Shown here: positions 23,909 through 37,914 of the stretch, piece by piece
Numbering within the stretch: the stretch's first letter is position 1
Layout of the letters: every line of letters starts with the position of its first letter
NCBI GenBank assembly: GCA_965655095.1
Contig: OZ296652.1
Span: 19,344,001 to 19,408,000 of the forward strand
Length of the DNA stretch: 64,000 bases
DNA from: Haplodiscus bocki
Taxonomy: Eukaryota
Direction of reading: 5' to 3'
The notes under the pieces: model-generated
What the model saw: the letters and a program-made list of their open reading frames with translations, nothing else
What the model was told of the DNA's origin: nothing
Database searches by the model: none
Position numbers and translations under genes: made by a program

Positions 23909-25156
23909 ATGAGTTTCGAAAATTTTGAATTGAAAAATAACGAACCAATTGATAATTCTATCCAAAAGGGGTTCTGTAAAAGTTTTTTATCAGCAAGGAG
24001 GTAATTTGAATAATCCAGATCAAAACAGTGAGTTTATATTCGGAGAAAACGAAAACTACCAACAAATTGGTAATTCTTATCTTCAATATGATATAACAGT
24101 ACGCAAATCTGATAGTACTTGTTTTAACGATGCACCAATAAAGGTGGTAAAAAATGCTCTTGCTTTTACATTTAAAGAAGCTCGATTATCTTCCACAGGT
24201 GGATCTGACCTTGAAGATAATAAATTTGTTGGCCAAATATCGACACTTATGAGATTTATAGCCAGTAAAGACCAAGGTTTAATATATTGCTTTGATTAAA
24301 TTATTGGAAATAATATTGATGATACATCTTTAAAACAAATAATAATTACTAATCATGAGCCAGCTAATAGAGGGAAAAAAGACAAATATTACTTGAACAT
24401 ATGCTTGGTTTTTGTAAAATTATTGAATACATTACTAAAAACTTAGGTTTTCATCTAACGTTCAAAACATCAGACTTATAAGATATTTTATAAACGACAT
24501 TAGGAGATGTTTAAAATATAACAACTAGTATTTATTATTTATACACCCCCGTTTTTATTCCTGGTCCTGAAACGCTAGCTATGTTTAATGAATCTTTCAA
24601 GATTAAAGATAGAATTTCATCTGTTTCTTGGACCACAGATCGGTAAATTGTTAACGAGTGATTAGAGTTTCAAGTTGATATAGCATCAGCTCAAATGAAT
24701 AGTAGTCCTACTTATCTAATAATAGATCACCAAGCAGCTGATAGAATAAATACACCTAATAAACAATGCAATATAGCAATTTTTGATCATCTCGATGTAA
24801 GAAAACAGTTTTGTGAAATAGATTGTCAAAGATATCCAAAAGATAGTGTTATTATCAACTACATCAGTAATGAAAAAATAGATCAATATAGAGACCTCAA
24901 ATTATTTTATGAAGAGTATGTGGGAGAAGAATTACTAAATCTTTTTGTAACATATCTTAAAATGAAACACTTTTATCCTATCCAAAAAAATGATTTAGGA
25001 TTTCAAGTCGATCACACAAATCCCGAGAAAATTCAAGTATTTCGAGACTATCAAAATAATCCTGCCAATGCTAGATTTTTTATTATATTAACCAGACATA
25101 GAAAATTTGAAATGGTATGAGAGGGAAACAAAATTATAGAAATTAAAGTTATATAA
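23909..25156 (+). pseudogene. Major capsid protein
   Basis: Co-linear with 7244-8529 (EFIFGENENYQQIGN, YRDLKLFYEEYVGEEL). Confidence 0.8.
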
Positions 25157-25158
25157 AA

Positions 25159-25557
25159 ATGACAAGACTTAGTTTGAAAGAATTTATGAAAAAACATACT
25201 TTGAAAACTGGTACTATGAATGAACTTGAATAACAAAGAGTTTATATTTATCCTAAATATCTTAGAGATTCGAAAACTTATTCAGATAGAAAAATCATAA
25301 AAAAGAACAATGGTAGTAAGGGAGTAACTCAATGGTGTGCGTTTTACGTTAAAAATAATAAATCATTCTATTTTGATAGTTTCGGTGTTCAACCAGATAA
25401 ATCTTTACTTAACCATTTACCTAAACCAATAATATATCATAATTACAAAATTCAATATATACCTTCCACATTATGCGGATGTTATTGCTTATACTTTTTC
25501 TATTTAATTGAAAGAATGAATTATTATGATATTTTTTTTAAAAAGTATTTTGGTTAA
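25159..25557 (+). pseudogene. Adenain-like cysteine protease
   Basis: TQWCAF, FYFDSFG, KIQ...LCGCYCLYFF. Confidence 0.85.
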
Positions 25558-25563
25558 TTAAAT

Positions 25564-26868
25564 ATGCCCTTAAATGTAGTTAGCAACTCTTCAAACAATT
25601 CTGAAAAAAAAATTGACACTAGTCTCTTTGTAGAAAAACATTATTTAAGAAATAATTACATTGAATCTAACATTGAAGAAGACCTTGACATGAAGAATCA
25701 ATTTAATATGAAGAATTTACCTTGTCCTCAATAGAATTCAGATGCTGTTTGTAACTTTTATTTAGTTAGTGGATTGAATGATCCAGTTATAATGGAAAAC
25801 ACTGCTCTTGTTGACTTTAACGATTAAAAGCTTGATAATGCTCGTTTTGTTAAAGTAAAAAGTTTACCTGCTGTCCGAGAACGTGTTACTCCAAAATTTT
25901 ACATTGATGAAGCTATTTCTCATTGTGTGGATGAATCATCTTTGTTAAGAGTAGATCCTTTTGAAAACTTTAAAAAAGGTGACCAAAATTCTATATTCTT
26001 AGTTCTGTTTCAACATCAACGAAGGCGATAAAAGAAATACCTACCAAATCATATGTTGATAGCTTACATGATAGCAGTAGAAACAAACGAGATTTATCAT
26101 CAATTTTTAACGATCAAGATAATGAATTTGATGATAATAAATTGACGAACTGAGATTCTATTACAGTTAATAGAAACCCAACCCTTACTGGAGAAGTATC
26201 AAACAAAAAATTGTTGATGATGAATTAGTTACAAAAAACTGATTTAGGATTTTATCAAAGACTAGAACAATCTCTCAAGGTATTTGTTGGTAATGATGTT
26301 TCTAATCGTAGTAAATATGATAAAATTCAAAATATACATACAACAATTATCAAATATCCTGATAGTAGTGGATATCTACTACGGAATTGGGGTATAAAAT
26401 TTAATGATAAAAATAATAATGGTAAATTACGAAACTTTATAAAATCAACAAGAAGAAGCAGTCCAATGGGTCATTCGGGAGCGACAAGTTTACCACTCAT
26501 TGGTAAAAGTTTTATGTATATAGAAGTAAGCTCTCGCAAAAACGGTAATGAAGTAGTTGTTAGTTTTGAACTGATTGTTATTATTCAAATTAGTTATAAT
26601 AGTTTCTATTATAACAGTTGTTCGATTTTAATTATTGATTCATTCAAATCAATGGATCGTTTTAGATTTCAGTTATTGGCGGATTACACTTGGTCTACTC
26701 ATTATAACATATCTGAAAAAGATCGATATGGTATTTCACCAACCCAATGGACAAAAAAGTTTAAATTTTACTGTGGAAAATTATGGTATCAAAATAATTT
26801 ACGATCAAATCGACATACCACATGCCGTTATGTGCTTTAATAATATTATAATAACACATTCTGTATAA
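25564..26868 (+). pseudogene. Fibre/spike-like protein, one repeat unit shorter than in element 1
   Basis: Co-linear with 8982-10582 but has a single VDFND...LLRVDP...PTKSYVD unit. Confidence 0.6.
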
Positions 26869-26871
26869 TGA

Positions 26872-28684
26872 ATGGATCATGTGAACTTCTCTAAGGATTT
26901 ATTCGAATCATTATCGGATTACAGAAAAACAGTGTTAATAGTGTTTTCAATCAAAAATGATGTTGATTGTAGATCTTTGAAGATTGATTTCATTTGTCTG
27001 TGTTTAGAGTTCAAAAATATATCATTGCAGCAAAATGAAGAATACTTAGATTATTTTAAAAATGAAGAGGAATCTATTAACGGAAGAATTTTGGAAAAAT
27101 AAAGCTTTTTTTGCTACAATGTTTGGAGATATTGCACAAGAAATATCGTTAAAATTATTACTATCACTAACAGATCAAAGTATATTGAAAAAAAGAAAAT
27201 CTACTGAACATGAAATAAAATTAATTAAAAACTTAGCTTTGGAAAAATTACACCGTCAAAAATGTTTGATGGAAGATTTTGCCTTACAGTTATTAGAATA
27301 GTATTTTCTGTTTGGTGAATGAGTACATATCCAAAGTTGAAGAAGGAAGATCTTCCTTATTAAAAATAACAACCAGTGATGATGAAAATACAGAAATAAA
27401 CCTTAAAACAGAGAAGCACCATCTTGAGAATATATTGAAATCTTTTAAAATTGATAATGAATAATATAAGAAAAAACATAAATCATTGAATAAAAAAAAG
27501 TATCATTAATTATTAATGAGTTTTTGATTGGATCTCCTTCAACAAGAAGCTCAAGTACATTAACAATATTGAACCTCAGTGCTGTTATTATTTTATCAAG
27601 TAGTACAGCTCCGTTGACTAGCGTTGCTATCTTAATCACTAATGAGTACATCTCAAAATTGAAAATACGACATACTGAAGAGAGAGATTGGAAGAATGTA
27701 ATAACACTAATATTTAAAGAAACTATAAAACTTCTATGTTTGAAAAAAACTTGATGGAACAGGAGATGAAGGACTTAAAAAACCTTCATGATCTTTACCT
27801 TGAAGAGAGAAAAAAAATGATGAAAAATACACAATTCAAAGTAGAAGATAATTTTGGCGATGTAGTTTCTACAGATTCTATTTCTCAGAAACAAATTACT
27901 AAAGTTAATAATTTTTTAGCCAAAATTTTGTGAATATTAATTTCTTTATGCATATAAATTTTATTAAACCTAGACAGAAAAAAAGTGATTGATTTTCAAC
28001 CAAGTGCTGCTCCTGAATAATCAGTTTCTCAATAGTTAAACGGATTCAAATCACACACTAGCTTTTTGTCTGGGAGATATTTATATGAGCAAAACTATTA
28101 TTATGATATAATATGAAAAACTAAACCGTAAAACTAAAAAAGTTGTCTAAATTATCAAAGGTATTTGTAGTATTTGTGGAAGACCTGAAAGCCGAGATTT
28201 CACTAAATAAATGAGTAATAGTAAACAAGCTAAACCCAAACAAGCTAAACCCAAACAGACGAAAGATGAAAAACTCCAAAAGTCTGCTATATGTAAAATA
28301 ATCGTTCTAGTCCAATGTCAAATACTGTTTGAACTGATTTGAATAGCAAAGGAGATTTATTGAAAATACATGATTTATGTGGAAAAGGTGGATGTAAAGT
28401 CCAATAAATGATATGTTTTACTCATACACATTTGGAAATGGAAGGTAGTGCATTTAGAAAAACAATGAAAAAAATATTTAAAGGAAGTTAAAAAGCATGG
28501 AAGTCTTTTTTTAAAGCCAATAATAAACACTTTAGCACTTATTATTGCAATGGCTGTCAGAGCAAAAAGCAAAAACCCACAGGTTGGACAAGCAACTGCT
28601 AAAAGTTTTGAATTGATATCCGGAAGTAAATTTTTATCACTCACAGACCTTCATGTTAATGAATTGAGAATAAAGGTTATGTGA
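26872..28684 (+). pseudogene. Cluster of five small conserved ORFs (two hypotheticals, hydrophobic-hairpin protein, Zn-ribbon, pVI-like)
   Basis: One-to-one homology with 10583-12370 of element 1. Confidence 0.65.
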
Positions 28685-28719
28685 ATTAATTCAGTTAAAG
28701 TTTCTCAAACAAAAGTGTA

Positions 28720-29353
28720 GTCAAATTTTTGAAAACGACTTTTTTAAATTATGTTCTGAAAGTCGAATTTTAAAAATAAAAACAAATTTTTAATTTAGAA
28801 AGATCAATCAAAACTAAAGGAGAAAATGTAAACAATTCACGAATTTCAAACAAAAATATATGATTCTGAAGAAAAGAGAAAATATTAAAAACATAAAAAT
28901 CAATAGTTTCAACAAAACAAGGTTGAAATTAACAGATCTCGAAAAAAGTATGAAAAGAAATAAGAGATACAGATGTTAATTTTCGTCTGATTAAAAATAC
29001 AAGTTATCGAATTTGTCATGCTCTGAAAGGTAGATCGAAAACATTTTCAACTAAAATAATTTTTACTTATAGATATTGAAATTTATAGAAAATGGATCGA
29101 GTAACAGTTTTCACCGGAAATGAATTGGTCTAATTTAAAAATCGATCGTAAGAAGCCAACTTGTATGTTTGATAAGTCTAATAATGATGAATTAGAAGAA
29201 GTTTTCAACTGGAAGAATACACAACAATTGTTGAAAGAAATTCATCAACAGAAAGGAATTGATGTTATTTTTCTCGATTGTCAACTACAATTCATTAAAG
29301 CATTTCAATTGCTTAGATTGAATGAAGAGTATTCTGACAAAAATCTTCTTTGA
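28720..29353 (+). pseudogene. HNH endonuclease
   Basis: TDVNFRLI..RICHALKG, MNWSNLKIDRKKP (IDH decayed), FNWKNTQ. Same position as the element 1 HNH. Confidence 0.7.
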
Positions 29354-30160
29354 TGAGATTTACAGTAAATCTCCTAAGAAATTTTAGGAAACCAACCAAC
29401 TATTCTATAATCACATTGAAGAAATATGCAGCATCGATTTGGCGGATTTTTTAGATTGTGAAACATCAAATAAGAAAAGACTTAGGTATATATTCATCAT
29501 TCTCGATATTTTTAGTAAATTTTTTGGTGTGTTCTATTGAAAAACGAAAAAGATCAGATAATAACAAAAGATTTTTCATCCAAACGCAAGCCTGTTAAAT
29601 TAGAAAGCGATCGTGGGGCAAAATTTTAAATTTCTTTTTTTCAAATTTTTTTCAAATATAAAAATAATCATCGCTATTCAAGATTCACAGACAAAGGTCC
29701 CTCAATAGGAGAAAAAGTCAATAAAAGTATAAGGAATTTACTAAAGAAGCCAGTAATTTTGAAGGGAAATGCTGATTATTTAAATGAACTATCATCTGTT
29801 AATAAACAATATAAAAATAGCATTCACCATTCAATAAAAGAGACACCAATCAGTGCTTCTGAAAAATCAAACGAAAAGGAAAACTATTCAAATCTCCGAA
29901 ACAAAAGGGAAAAGCAAAAACCAAGATTTAAATTAAGACAGCTAGTTCGAACAGCTGATATTAAAATAGACTTTAGCGAAGGAGTTTTTACAAATTGGAG
30001 TTATATACATTATACAATAACTGAAGTCGTACACGATACTATTCCTTCGAATCGATTCGACAATTTACCCGAGATATATAATAAAAATTTGTTAGGACTA
30101 ACAAATCTGACCCTTGATGAAGACAATCAAGTTATAAAGAAACTAAATTTAGTTCAATAA
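29322..30160 (+). pseudogene. Retroviral-type integrase with core retained
   Basis: SIDLAD, IILDIFSK, KLESDRG, IGEKVNKSIR, HHSIKETP, FTNWS...YTITEV. Confidence 0.88.
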
Positions 30161-30175
30161 TATAATAAATAGTAA

Positions 30176-30704
30176 ATGGAATTATTTGATGATCAAGGAA
30201 TTGAAAAAAATGCTGAACAAAATAGACATTGCTTTAAATATTCTTTTACCATATGAATATGAAATTACTTGTATTTCACGTGGATATAACGTGATAAAAC
30301 GAAAACACAAGCTCACTAAAAATCAACAAGAAAAAACAAATATATCAATCGATTAAAATATGCTGAACTCAAAAAACTTTCTTTTGTAAAGAAGTATAAA
30401 AAAGACATGAATATAATGATTACGATAAAATACTAAAATACCAGAAGTTTTGTCCAAATTAAAATTTAAAAAATCTAAAACCTATATTATATTAAATGAA
30501 AAATATAAAGATATGAATGAAAACCATGATTTTGAACAAAAGCACTATTCCAAAACAGCTAAAGGTATTTATAAAATTGGACAAACATCTATTAAACTAA
30601 TGAAATGGTTAGCTTATTATGACCGCTCTTTTTATGAAAATATAAAATATTACGATTTACTCGCTAATATTTTAAGTTGTCTAAATAAAGTATCTCAATG
30701 GTAA
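30176..30704 (+). pseudogene. Conserved hypothetical protein (homologue of 13481-13988)
   Basis: INRLKYAE, KGIYKIG, WLAYYDRSFYENIKYYDL. Confidence 0.65.
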
Positions 30705-31046
30705 TTTTTACCTAGAAGTAAAAGATAACAGATTCAATATTCACCCAACTGAAAAAAGTATTTTAAAACTTAGAGAAGATTCAAAAAGCATGAGAACTCA
30801 ATTTCGAGTTCAAAATATTACTCAATTTAGAAAAAATCAAATCGTTTAAAAAAATAATAATGATGAATTTATAGTTAAAGGTTATCCTAAAGAGAAACCA
30901 CCAATTCAACAACAACCAAAATTAAACCACTAGATTGTCCTTCCTGCAAACAAAATAACTGGTTAGACTTTGGCGAAGGTTTTTGTAGTCGAAATTTTGA
31001 ATATATAATTAGTGAACAGAAGCATCAAACAGATAAAAAAGTTCTT
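30697..31046 (+). pseudogene. Truncated ORF with Zn-ribbon remnant
   Basis: LDCPSCKQNNWLDFGEGF...QKHQTDKKVL, ending at an abrupt composition change. Confidence 0.4.
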
Positions 31047-31607
31047 AGCAGAGCAGTCTGAATATGGAAAGCAAGTTATCGACGCCGAAAATGAAAACAC
31101 AACGTCGTCCAATTAACCCGAGTTGCGGTACAGTCTGATTTAACAAACGACAAAACGTGGAACACACCAGGAACCGCACAGGAGCGTACCCGAGAAATTT
31201 TTCCCCAAACGAACAATTTTGTGACGTAACAGATACGTATCCCTTCAAAAAACCTGATACTGAAACGAGCTCGGAACAACTGAACAAAAGCCCAACCAAT
31301 CGCCGCAGTTCAAAAACCAAATTACGTCATGACCCGCAGCCTAACTGCAATGAAGATTTTGGATATTAAACCTAGAGCTGCACTAATGCGTTCCACGGAA
31401 CGCATACGTATACCTTCCAGAAATTCCAGGAACTCGTCAAGTTACAAACACCTAACAAATCGAAAGGTTTGTTATATTCTCTTCCGGCTATTCCCTGGCA
31501 AAATTATCACTTGCTACTCAGTCTTGATTACTCCAAAGGACGGCCACTATTACTAAATTCAGCTAAATTTTTCTACGCAGGTCTGATTCATGCCATCCAC
31601 TATTTTT
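31047..31607 (+). mobile_element. Probable 3' end of a decayed LTR-retrotransposon pol and downstream region
   Basis: GC shift. The low-complexity P/T/S/N tail ending KTKLRHDPQPNCNEDFGY* resembles Ty3/Gypsy integrase tails; no catalytic motif seen. Confidence 0.35.
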
Positions 31608-31807
31608 NNNNNNNNNNNNNNNNNNNNNNNNNNNNNNNNNNNNNNNNNNNNNNNNNNNNNNNNNNNNNNNNNNNNNNNNNNNNNNNNNNNNNNNNNNNNN
31701 NNNNNNNNNNNNNNNNNNNNNNNNNNNNNNNNNNNNNNNNNNNNNNNNNNNNNNNNNNNNNNNNNNNNNNNNNNNNNNNNNNNNNNNNNNNNNNNNNNNN
31801 NNNNNNN
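31608..31807. other. Assembly gap (200 N)
   Basis: Run of exactly 200 N, typical of a fixed-size scaffolding gap. Confidence 0.99.
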
Positions 31808-34800
31808 ACCCTACACCAGACAATTGTTCAAATCCTTTTGCTAGAAGTAGGGTAATTGTTCATTTGTGCTTATACGCTTTTTTTTAACTTCCTTTCCAAA
31901 AAGTGTTTGTAAAAGTTGGCAACTATGCATAGGCAAAGAACGCACCTTCGGGCTGCATGTCTTTGCTTTCTACTTTAAAAAGCACAAACTTTGCTGCAAA
32001 ACGAAATTACATTTTTGTTTTTCTTCTCAGTCCCACTTTCGTTCCGAAGGAAAATGTTTTACTTCAATAGTATTTTTTCCCCAAGTTGCCTATAAAACAC
32101 AAACTTCCCTGAGTTTGATGAGTACCTAGCCTATTACAAAAATATGGTGTGTTCGCCTTTAGCCAGCGAGAAGTTAATGGTATCGAGTACTTTTACAAGA
32201 AAGTTTTCGTTTAGATTTCTGAACCCTTCACTGAAATCTTTGGATCTTTTAGACACCTCAAACATGGGTTTTTTGACTAAATTTGAGGTTTCTTACAAGT
32301 TTCTTGTCTTTGTTTCACAAGCTCGCTGTTTTTTATGAAATTGGCAAACCAAAGTTAAAAAATGGTTTTCTCAAATTATCTTTCTTTTTAATGGAACAAT
32401 TTTTCAACAAACGTTCTTCAAACATCTGTTTCCCTGCTTTTTCCGCAACTCAGATGAACACAACTTGAACTAAGATAATTGATTAATCTCCTCCATCATG
32501 GTCACAATCAGCAACTATTTGATGGAAAGTTTGTTGAAAACAATATTGCTCCTTTTGCACATTTCATCAGACCTACGGGAGGCCGAAAAAATCTAAAAAT
32601 GGTCCAATTTGTCACGATTCTTCCATATATCTAAACTTCTTTACTATCAAACTACAGGTGTATTCTGTTCATCAAGGGCAGCCAAAAATAGTATCACTAA
32701 AATAATAATTAACAAAACTAGGGCTGTGTTCCTTGCATCTGCCTGCTAATAGGCGGCTTGTTCTAAGAAGCGCGTATATTCCTGTTTTTTTTTGATAATC
32801 AATTACTTTTTTCTCCAGGACTCCTTTTCAAGACTCCACTGGCTTTCTTTAACCGACCTTTAAGTTGGCAGCTCTCCATGTGTAGAACAATGTTTTTTTC
32901 ATCAATTTCTTCATTTTCTTCATTAGAAAGCATCCATGTACTGCCAAAATGTTGAAAGAAATTAACTGAAATTTTTTAGACAGTCAAAAAACTGTCACAG
33001 ACTACCCATTGATTTTTTCCATCGATTTCTAAATCCATTTTGTACAATTTCTTCGACCACAAAGTCAAGGGTTGCGAAACAGCCAACGAAAATGATAGCT
33101 AAACAACGAAACCATTCTCAACTTGTTGGTTACTCAGAAAATTGTAAGCAATTCCTTTCTTTATTCTTCTACCATGTTGTCAACCGACGGTTTCTTGTTT
33201 GTAAAACAAATTTTTACATGATAAGAAAGGCCAGTGCCGGAGACTAGCTGAGGCTCAAAACAAATTGCGTAGATGAAGCTCCTCATCTGTGAATATTTTG
33301 ATCTTGAAAAGAAATGTTTATAAACCAAATTGAAATTGAGATTCCCTCAAGTCAACTTTCGTGGGCACATACTTGAGAGCGGGCCCCATATCGATAAATT
33401 TATTTTGTGTTCTAAATGTGTTCTAAATGTGTAAGAGGCATAAAAGTGTCTTCTGGTACAACTGGCGGGTAATCCTGGAGCAGTTAATCGAGCAATATTT
33501 GGAGGTTATCACGAATCTTTTTGATAACTGTGAATTCCTGAAATGATGGAAATTATAGTATATGTCAAGAATATGCAGGATACTGCTGGTAATTCTAGTT
33601 TTTTTTTGTTTTCCGCTAAAACGAAAATGCCGGGCGGCGTTTTAGGGCAGATAAACGAGAGCGTAAAGCAATGATAGTGGGCCGGAATTCCTGTGCCTTC
33701 TTTTCAACGAGGAAATGTCAAAATCGTAATTTGTCCAGGCTTGCGCGTAGAATAGAGTTTGGCGGATCTAAAGATCGAAAAACAATGGCAGTGAATCGAA
33801 GAATGACCGTAGTGTTATCGATGTAATTCCAAGAGAATAGATAAGAAATTATCACGTATAATTTCCGTTTTGTCCTCCCGAACATTTTTAATCAAATGAA
33901 AGAGAGACTAACACGCAGATTTGATACGCTCGTACGAGAGGCCGGACTTCATTCGAAATTTTTTCTATCTGGAAACCCATTTGATGTTACTATGTTACTA
34001 TGTCGGGTTTATTACTTCCATGGCAACCTTGATAATCGAGAAATGCCAATTACAGTTACTTGTGCCTTTCTGTAATGTTCAAATTCGTTTCTTTCAAACC
34101 TGCTGCCAGATGAATTGCATCCTTCAAGGTCGCAAATAACAGCTTTTTTTCTGGAAGGGGTTAGTTACTTCATGACGTTGTCGTGGGTTGTGCTCCTCGA
34201 AATAGAAACGTGATTAGCCGAAAATACGGAAAAGATCAAGTTAAGTTTTGTATTTTGTCCACGAATACTGGTTGCTGTTGTTGTCGTTTGAACAAGGTTT
34301 CCCTTCAAGGAATTGTCTCAAGCAGAATAGCAGACTACTAGATGGTTATTAAGGTGGTTTTGTTAATTCATGTGGAAGCTTGTCACTCTGAACATTGAGG
34401 GGTAATTTGTTTTTTTTTTGTCGCTCGAAAGCGTGCTAAAGTGATTTTTAAGGGTTCCTTCAGCAACAATGTTTGGTGTTTTTTGATGAACCAGCATTGC
34501 GCACATTTTGACAGCAGATATCGCTGGGTCTTATGATTCATTATTCTTCGTATGCAGAAGCACCTTTACCACCAGTATGAAATTAAAATGAAGAATTTGA
34601 AACCTTTGATTTTCAACATCATCATGAAGGAGTGTTTTTTATTAAAATTATGTCAATAATTAAGTCAAAATATTGGTGCATTTTCAGTTTCTGATACTGA
34701 AATCAAAGCATTAATACTCTAATGCTGTGTAGGAATCACGTCGAAGATTTGGTACGGGATTGCTTTTTCTATTAGGGTGACTACGGAGATTTTGGTGTTG

Positions 34801-37800
34801 GTTTTGTCTTCTGTGTAGGCCACTTGATCAATAAGTTTTCCTCACTAGTTACGAAGCGTTCATCTAATCGAAAATTTCATTCCATTCAAACTTGCCACTA
34901 TAGAAATAAAAAACCTCCGAATAGCAGTCTGGGTGTTTTTCCTCATCATTTGTACCATCATTAACTGAACCTTCCAATAGTCTCATTCAGCTGATTTGTT
35001 TAAGAAGGGTTAAAAATACAAGGCCTGCAAACGCAATTTATACGAAAATGAAACGTTTTACGACCGCATGTCAGAAGGATGCACAGGCCTGACACTTGTG
35101 GCCAATAACAGGAGTATTGACCATAGCAACAAAATACTTCTTCAATATGATGCTTGAATGTCTATTAACAAACAATACAATTCGAATAGAAGCACAGTTC
35201 TGCAATAAACGTTCCAAAAAGTGAAGAACGTCTAACAAGCTCCTCAATAATTGAGAGGAACCAATGAACAACTGAGAAAAGCTATTAATCATTTCCAGCA
35301 ATGGTTTGAAGCGAAATGTGGCAACCTTCAAAATGATTTATTGAACAAACCAAAGTTATAGCAGACGGACCAAAGAATGCTCCGTGTTTGCAGTATCTCC
35401 GATCTTGTAAAGAGAGGAGCACATAAGTTATTTGACGATGACAAAATTAAACGTCGAAAAATCTTCAAAAACCATAACGTTGACTGCGAAATCACAAGTT
35501 TTCAAGGACATGGAAAGCTAGACGAAGTAACTGACAAGACGCGCAAAATCTTGGTCCACCGCTCTACAGCAATTAAAACTGACTCGATTATATCATCAAT
35601 CAATCTCTTAAAAAGCTACAACGAAAAAATGTAGATCAGCAAAAATTTGACAAAAGAAGAGTTGCACCGAGAAAACGCAATAATGAAGACCATACCAAGG
35701 GACATTGAAGAAGGCGTTGAAGTCGAAAATACTAAAGAAAGGTAACCCGGAACATGTACAAAGGTAAGGCTGAGATTGAACTTTGGCCGACACGACAACG
35801 CCTCTAAACAGGACAGCGATAACAAGACTGAAACTTGTTCACGATTTGATCACGCGAAACTGCATAAAACCTACTCGAGTTGTTACTTAGAGAAAACTCA
35901 AGCAAGGCAAAACAGCAAAACAAGAACCACGTTATCTGCCAGAAGGAGACATGATTTTTCCCTGAATTTTTAGACGGAATAGTCTTTCTAGTTTGTCTAC
36001 TGAGAAAACGTTGAAGTCATCGAAAAACAAAGAAAAATGACCGAAGAAAGTGATGTTTGTAAACTTCGATAAAAACTATTGTTGGATGTTGACTACCGAA
36101 TTTTGTTCAAAGCAACTCGCACTCTTGGTACTGAAATGATGTATCTAAGAAAGGTAAATTTCATTGTATATTTTAGATTATAACATGGTGCAGTCAACAA
36201 CATTTTTTATCAAGAAAGAACGGAGCGAAACGGAAGCACCATGTCCTGTTCCAGAAGCCCTCTATTGGAAAAACTGCTCTCATCGACAATGGCTGCAATT
36301 GGAGAAAATACAACAAAATTTTTTCTGCTCCTCTGCGTGATGGGACGTGAAGGAACGCATTAAATAGCTCAATCCGAATACCGGATTGTCGCACGTGGTA
36401 GGGTATTGCAAATCTATTGTTTACTTAGTTGTGCTGGAGGTTGACTAAGTCAGCACTGCTGCGTTGTAGCGACGGCTATTATTTGTAAGTCTCAAAAGTG
36501 TGCCTTGCTTAACCGTGCGGACAAAAGGATTGCGTGAATTCAAGCAAGGACTTGTGAGCTATAGTGGAGAATAATAAAAAGGAAAGTTAAATTATCAGTG
36601 AAGGTATTCCAATATAATGAATTGTGGAAAGGAAAAAGACTGCACGTACGTGAGGGGAAATTACTCAGCTCTCTCTGAGGCTGTAAGCGCGGGATAGCAC
36701 AGGGAAGGTTGCCATATGGTCTTTATATTTACGTCAATCAGTTATTCAATTTATTCCACCATCTCTTCAATTCAAAAAAATTCTAGCTTTAGCAAACTGT
36801 ATAAAAACATAGTTAATTGATCAGCATTATCTTTAAATTAAAACAAAGGGTTACGTTCAGCAAGAAGTCAGAAGATTAAAGACAGGGTTATTAGGGGATG
36901 CCACATTTTGTTAGAAATTATAAACGTAAAACATCCAATAACGTTGAAAAATTCCACTTTAGGAGTGAAAGTATAAATAACATCACACTAATTCAGACTA
37001 GTTAAATTTAGTCTGGATTGAAATAATAAAATTAAATACAAAAGTTTAATTTATTGAATTGTATTAAATTAAGATTCTATAAAATCATGGGTAGAAATTG
37101 GACTCCTTCAGTTTAGTCCAATTAAATTGAACTACCAAAATTAGAAAATTGGACTATGCAAAATTAGTCCCAATAAATCAGAAATTGTAAAATATTAACA
37201 CTAAAGACGATTCACATCCACGATTGCTACTGCTGTTGTCGGAGCTGGAATATCTGTAAATAGAGCAAAGAGATACACCATTTTACTTTTTGACCAGTGC
37301 GGGTGATGTACACTTTCCGTCTTGTCTAGTCGGCTTTTTTAAGCAGTCTGTTTCACAGTTTGTTTTACGTTTAGCTAAACCACGTCATGCTCTAGAGTTC
37401 TAGGCCAACGGCTTAACCTCCTAGTCCCTGTTTTAGTCCCGGCTGGATAGGCCAGTCTTTAGGGAAAGGGAGTTCAGTTTTACATGCATTTTACATTACA
37501 TGCGTTTTACAGTACTCTTAGTATAAAAAATCCCCACCATGTGGTATAAAACCACTCGTCGGGTTTAATCTTAAGGCTGCTATTTTGTCACCTGCCGATT
37601 ACCAGTCCGGATCAATGGGACACCAGCATTAAATTTTAATCTTTTTTATCTGCGATCAGGACATTAGTCATATGGACTGTCAACTGGTCGTGATTATTAT
37701 ATGTGTTTTACTTCTACTAATCAATTCTAAGTTTTAGGAAAAAAGGGAAAAAATCACAAAAAGGGAATTTTAAAAAAGTGGAAAAGTAGCAAAATGGGCC

Positions 37801-37914
37801 TCGGTGCGGTGATTACACTCTGCTACCGAGCAGCTAGTCCTAGGTCAATTGCTAGCGGGATATCCTCTGCTAGGAACCGTAGTGATAACTAACAGAGGCT
37901 GGCGTTGATCGTGT

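Larger units (their letters stand above)
20860..31046 (+). mobile_element. Truncated decayed Polinton (element 2), syntenic with element 1; no TIRs or pPolB visible
   Basis: Same gene order from the C2H2 gene and ATPase to the post-integrase ORF. Boundaries are placed by composition change and are approximate. Confidence 0.88.

Noticed and set aside
4756-31046. Prophage or bacterial contamination; elements 1 and 2 as an assembly duplication
   Set aside because: The gene set, TIRs and TSD are those of Polintons, and the flanks hold metazoan-type BEL/Pao elements. The two elements are too divergent, with different indels, to be haplotig duplicates.
31469-31855. ORFs spanning the N run
   Set aside because: Artefacts of translating the assembly gap.
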